Shown here one piece after another: positions 62,351 to 64,000 of a stretch of 64,000 bases of DNA (its first letter is position 1; every line of letters begins with the position of its first letter). A program made the position numbers and the translations under genes. The notes beneath the pieces are model-generated. The model did no database searches and was not told the origin of the DNA. It saw only the letters and a list, made by a program, of their open reading frames with translations. The stretch comes from Marsupella aquatica (lineage: Eukaryota > Plantae > Marchantiophyta), in contig OZ316892.1 in NCBI GenBank assembly GCA_973895155.1, positions 19,975,869 to 20,039,868 of the forward strand. The letters run 5' to 3'.

Positions 62351-63099
62351 CACTATTTACCATAGTTAGTGTTACTATGGAAATAGAGTGACACTGTAAA
62401 TAGTGTGAGTAACACTAATATGTGAATAGAGGAGTATTGGAGCTCAAATAACATTAATTATGGAACATACTAACATAGCACAAAAATCAATAATTCCTAT
62501 GAAAACACATAATAGAATGCTTTATGAATGAACTATTAATGTAAATCTCATGGTTTAGTTGGGCTCTCTCCATGGTCCATGCTATTGTCCAAAAATTCAA
62601 CCAATTCCATACCATTTTCAACTCACATTCTTCACACCCAAATAGTGTGACTACTATTACAAACAAGATTCATGGTTTCATGCAACATTTTTGGTATCAA
62701 TAGCCACTCCATAAATAATGTGAGTTGATTTCCATAATTAGTGTAACACTAATTGAATCACTCACAATCACTGTTAATACAGATTTCCTTGGAAATGTTT
62801 TTTTCATGATTTATTTAGATAGTGACCACGAAAACCCCGTGGCAAGGAAGAACAGAAAGAGTGATCCCATAACATACAATCAACCACCCCACCTGGGGTG
62901 CGGCAACAACATGTGATGAAAGCCCAGAAACCAGGCTGTCAATCTCAAACATTGGGATCTCAAGACCAGCAAGCCCCATTGGCCAGTGAAAGTCCTATCT
63001 GTTAATACAGATTTAGTGTTAGCAAGACTATTTCGAGAGGGATTCAATTTTTTGGAGCTACACAATTAGTGTTAGTAACACTAACTACAGTAAACAGTG
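62351..63099. mobile_element. Non-autonomous TIR element (MITE-like), 749 bp, CACT(A/G) termini, TA duplication
   Basis: ta|CACTATTTACCATAGTTAGTGTTACTA ... TAGTAACACTAACTACAGTAAACAGTG|ta: 27-bp TIR with 3 mismatches; internal AGTGT/AACACT repeats. Confidence 0.8.
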
Positions 63100-63172
63100 T
63101 ACTTGGTTTGTCTTGGGGTTACCATGGTTAGCTCGTCAACTCCGGGGCGGAAACATGCATGTCAAAATGGGA

Positions 63173-63320
63173 CATATACGGTGTACGACATTTCTCCATA
63201 CCATGATAGACCTTTGTATTGACTTTAAATCACTGAATGCACAGAGTTTACAGTGCACTCAGTGATTTAAAGAAATTAACCACGTTATCATGGTATGGAT
63301 GAATGTCGTACACCGATATG
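63173..63320. repeat. Long imperfect palindrome (~148 nt)
   Basis: CGGTGTACGACATT..TCCATACCATGATA and CTTTAAATCACTGA.TGCAC pair with their reverse complements across a short loop near 63245. Confidence 0.9.
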
Positions 63321-63385
63321 CAACTTTTGTTGATGGGCACTTTGTTGGATATGAATAACGCTTTGACGATGGACGTAGGCATTAA

Positions 63386-63457
63386 GGGCTCGCAGCTCGA
63401 TGGTAGTGCACTGGCGTTGTATGCGGGAGGTCCCAGGTTCAAATCCTAGCCAGTCCA
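63386..63457 (+). tRNA. Degenerate tRNA (Ala-like body, anticodon loop now TGT): pseudogene or SINE head
   Basis: 72-nt cloverleaf with GGGCTCG/CCAGTCC-A acceptor, AGCTCGATGGTAG A-box/D-loop and GGTTCAAATCC B-box/T-loop; mismatches in all four stems. Confidence 0.6.
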
Positions 63458-64000
63458 TGTTGATGAGATTTGCAGCACAGTTACCCCAGAAACACCCGCG
63501 ACCCATCTCACGTATCACATACCCCCTACCATACAGGCCCGGTTGCGTGGTTAGCGTAGAGGAGGCTATGCAGCTTATCATGGAGTATCGAGCTGGTCAC
63601 TACGGACCCATTCATGAGGATGATGTTTAGCACTATCCATGCCCGTGTTGTGCATGTGAATAAACTTATTGATCACAGTATGATCCGACAGTCCTTGATT
63701 AAGATTCCACACGACGTTTCTCATAGTATGTATTTTAGGAGTTCATCATAGGCGTCAGATTGCAATGAAAATAATAGTGCCGTCACCTGAGGGAATCATG
63801 GTCATGAATAGTGACCCAATTCCATGCTTGACATGCACAGCTCTGGACAGAACCCATGTTTTGAACAGGATTGATTATGCAAACGGGGTGGATGAAAATG
63901 CACATAGTAAACCTGACTTTTACGCCCCTCTTCACGTTCTTCACTCTCTTTCTCGAGGTCTAGGTTTATGGTTCTGATTTAGCATGTTCATGTTGGAACA

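Overview
Eukaryotic (land-plant, most likely bryophyte/liverwort-like) genomic DNA, not prokaryotic. Three spliced or intact host genes: a 5-exon alliinase/TAR-family PLP enzyme with EGF domain (minus, 1569-3714), an intronless CYP57/CWC27 cyclophilin (26912-28444) and a 13-exon plastid-type pfkB kinase (31622-36804). The rest is nested mobile DNA: four copies of one non-autonomous Helitron family (two fused head-to-tail), a Bianca-like Ty1/copia with identical LTRs but a ruined gag-pol, an L1 LINE 3' fragment and a TA-flanked MITE. Most notable are two 4.1 and 4.6 kb TG...CA elements with perfect 5-bp TSDs, no internal LTR pair and no RT/IN, each carrying a CpG-rich motif array plus one ~615-aa ORF (apparent protein-coding solo LTRs). 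The region from ~45 kb to the window end looks like one large multi-gene element (C2H2-finger gene, RPA1-like OB-fold gene, orphan ORFs, tRNA-like sequence, long hairpin) sprinkled with an ATCAYGGTATG motif. All family assignments are by eye, with no database searches.
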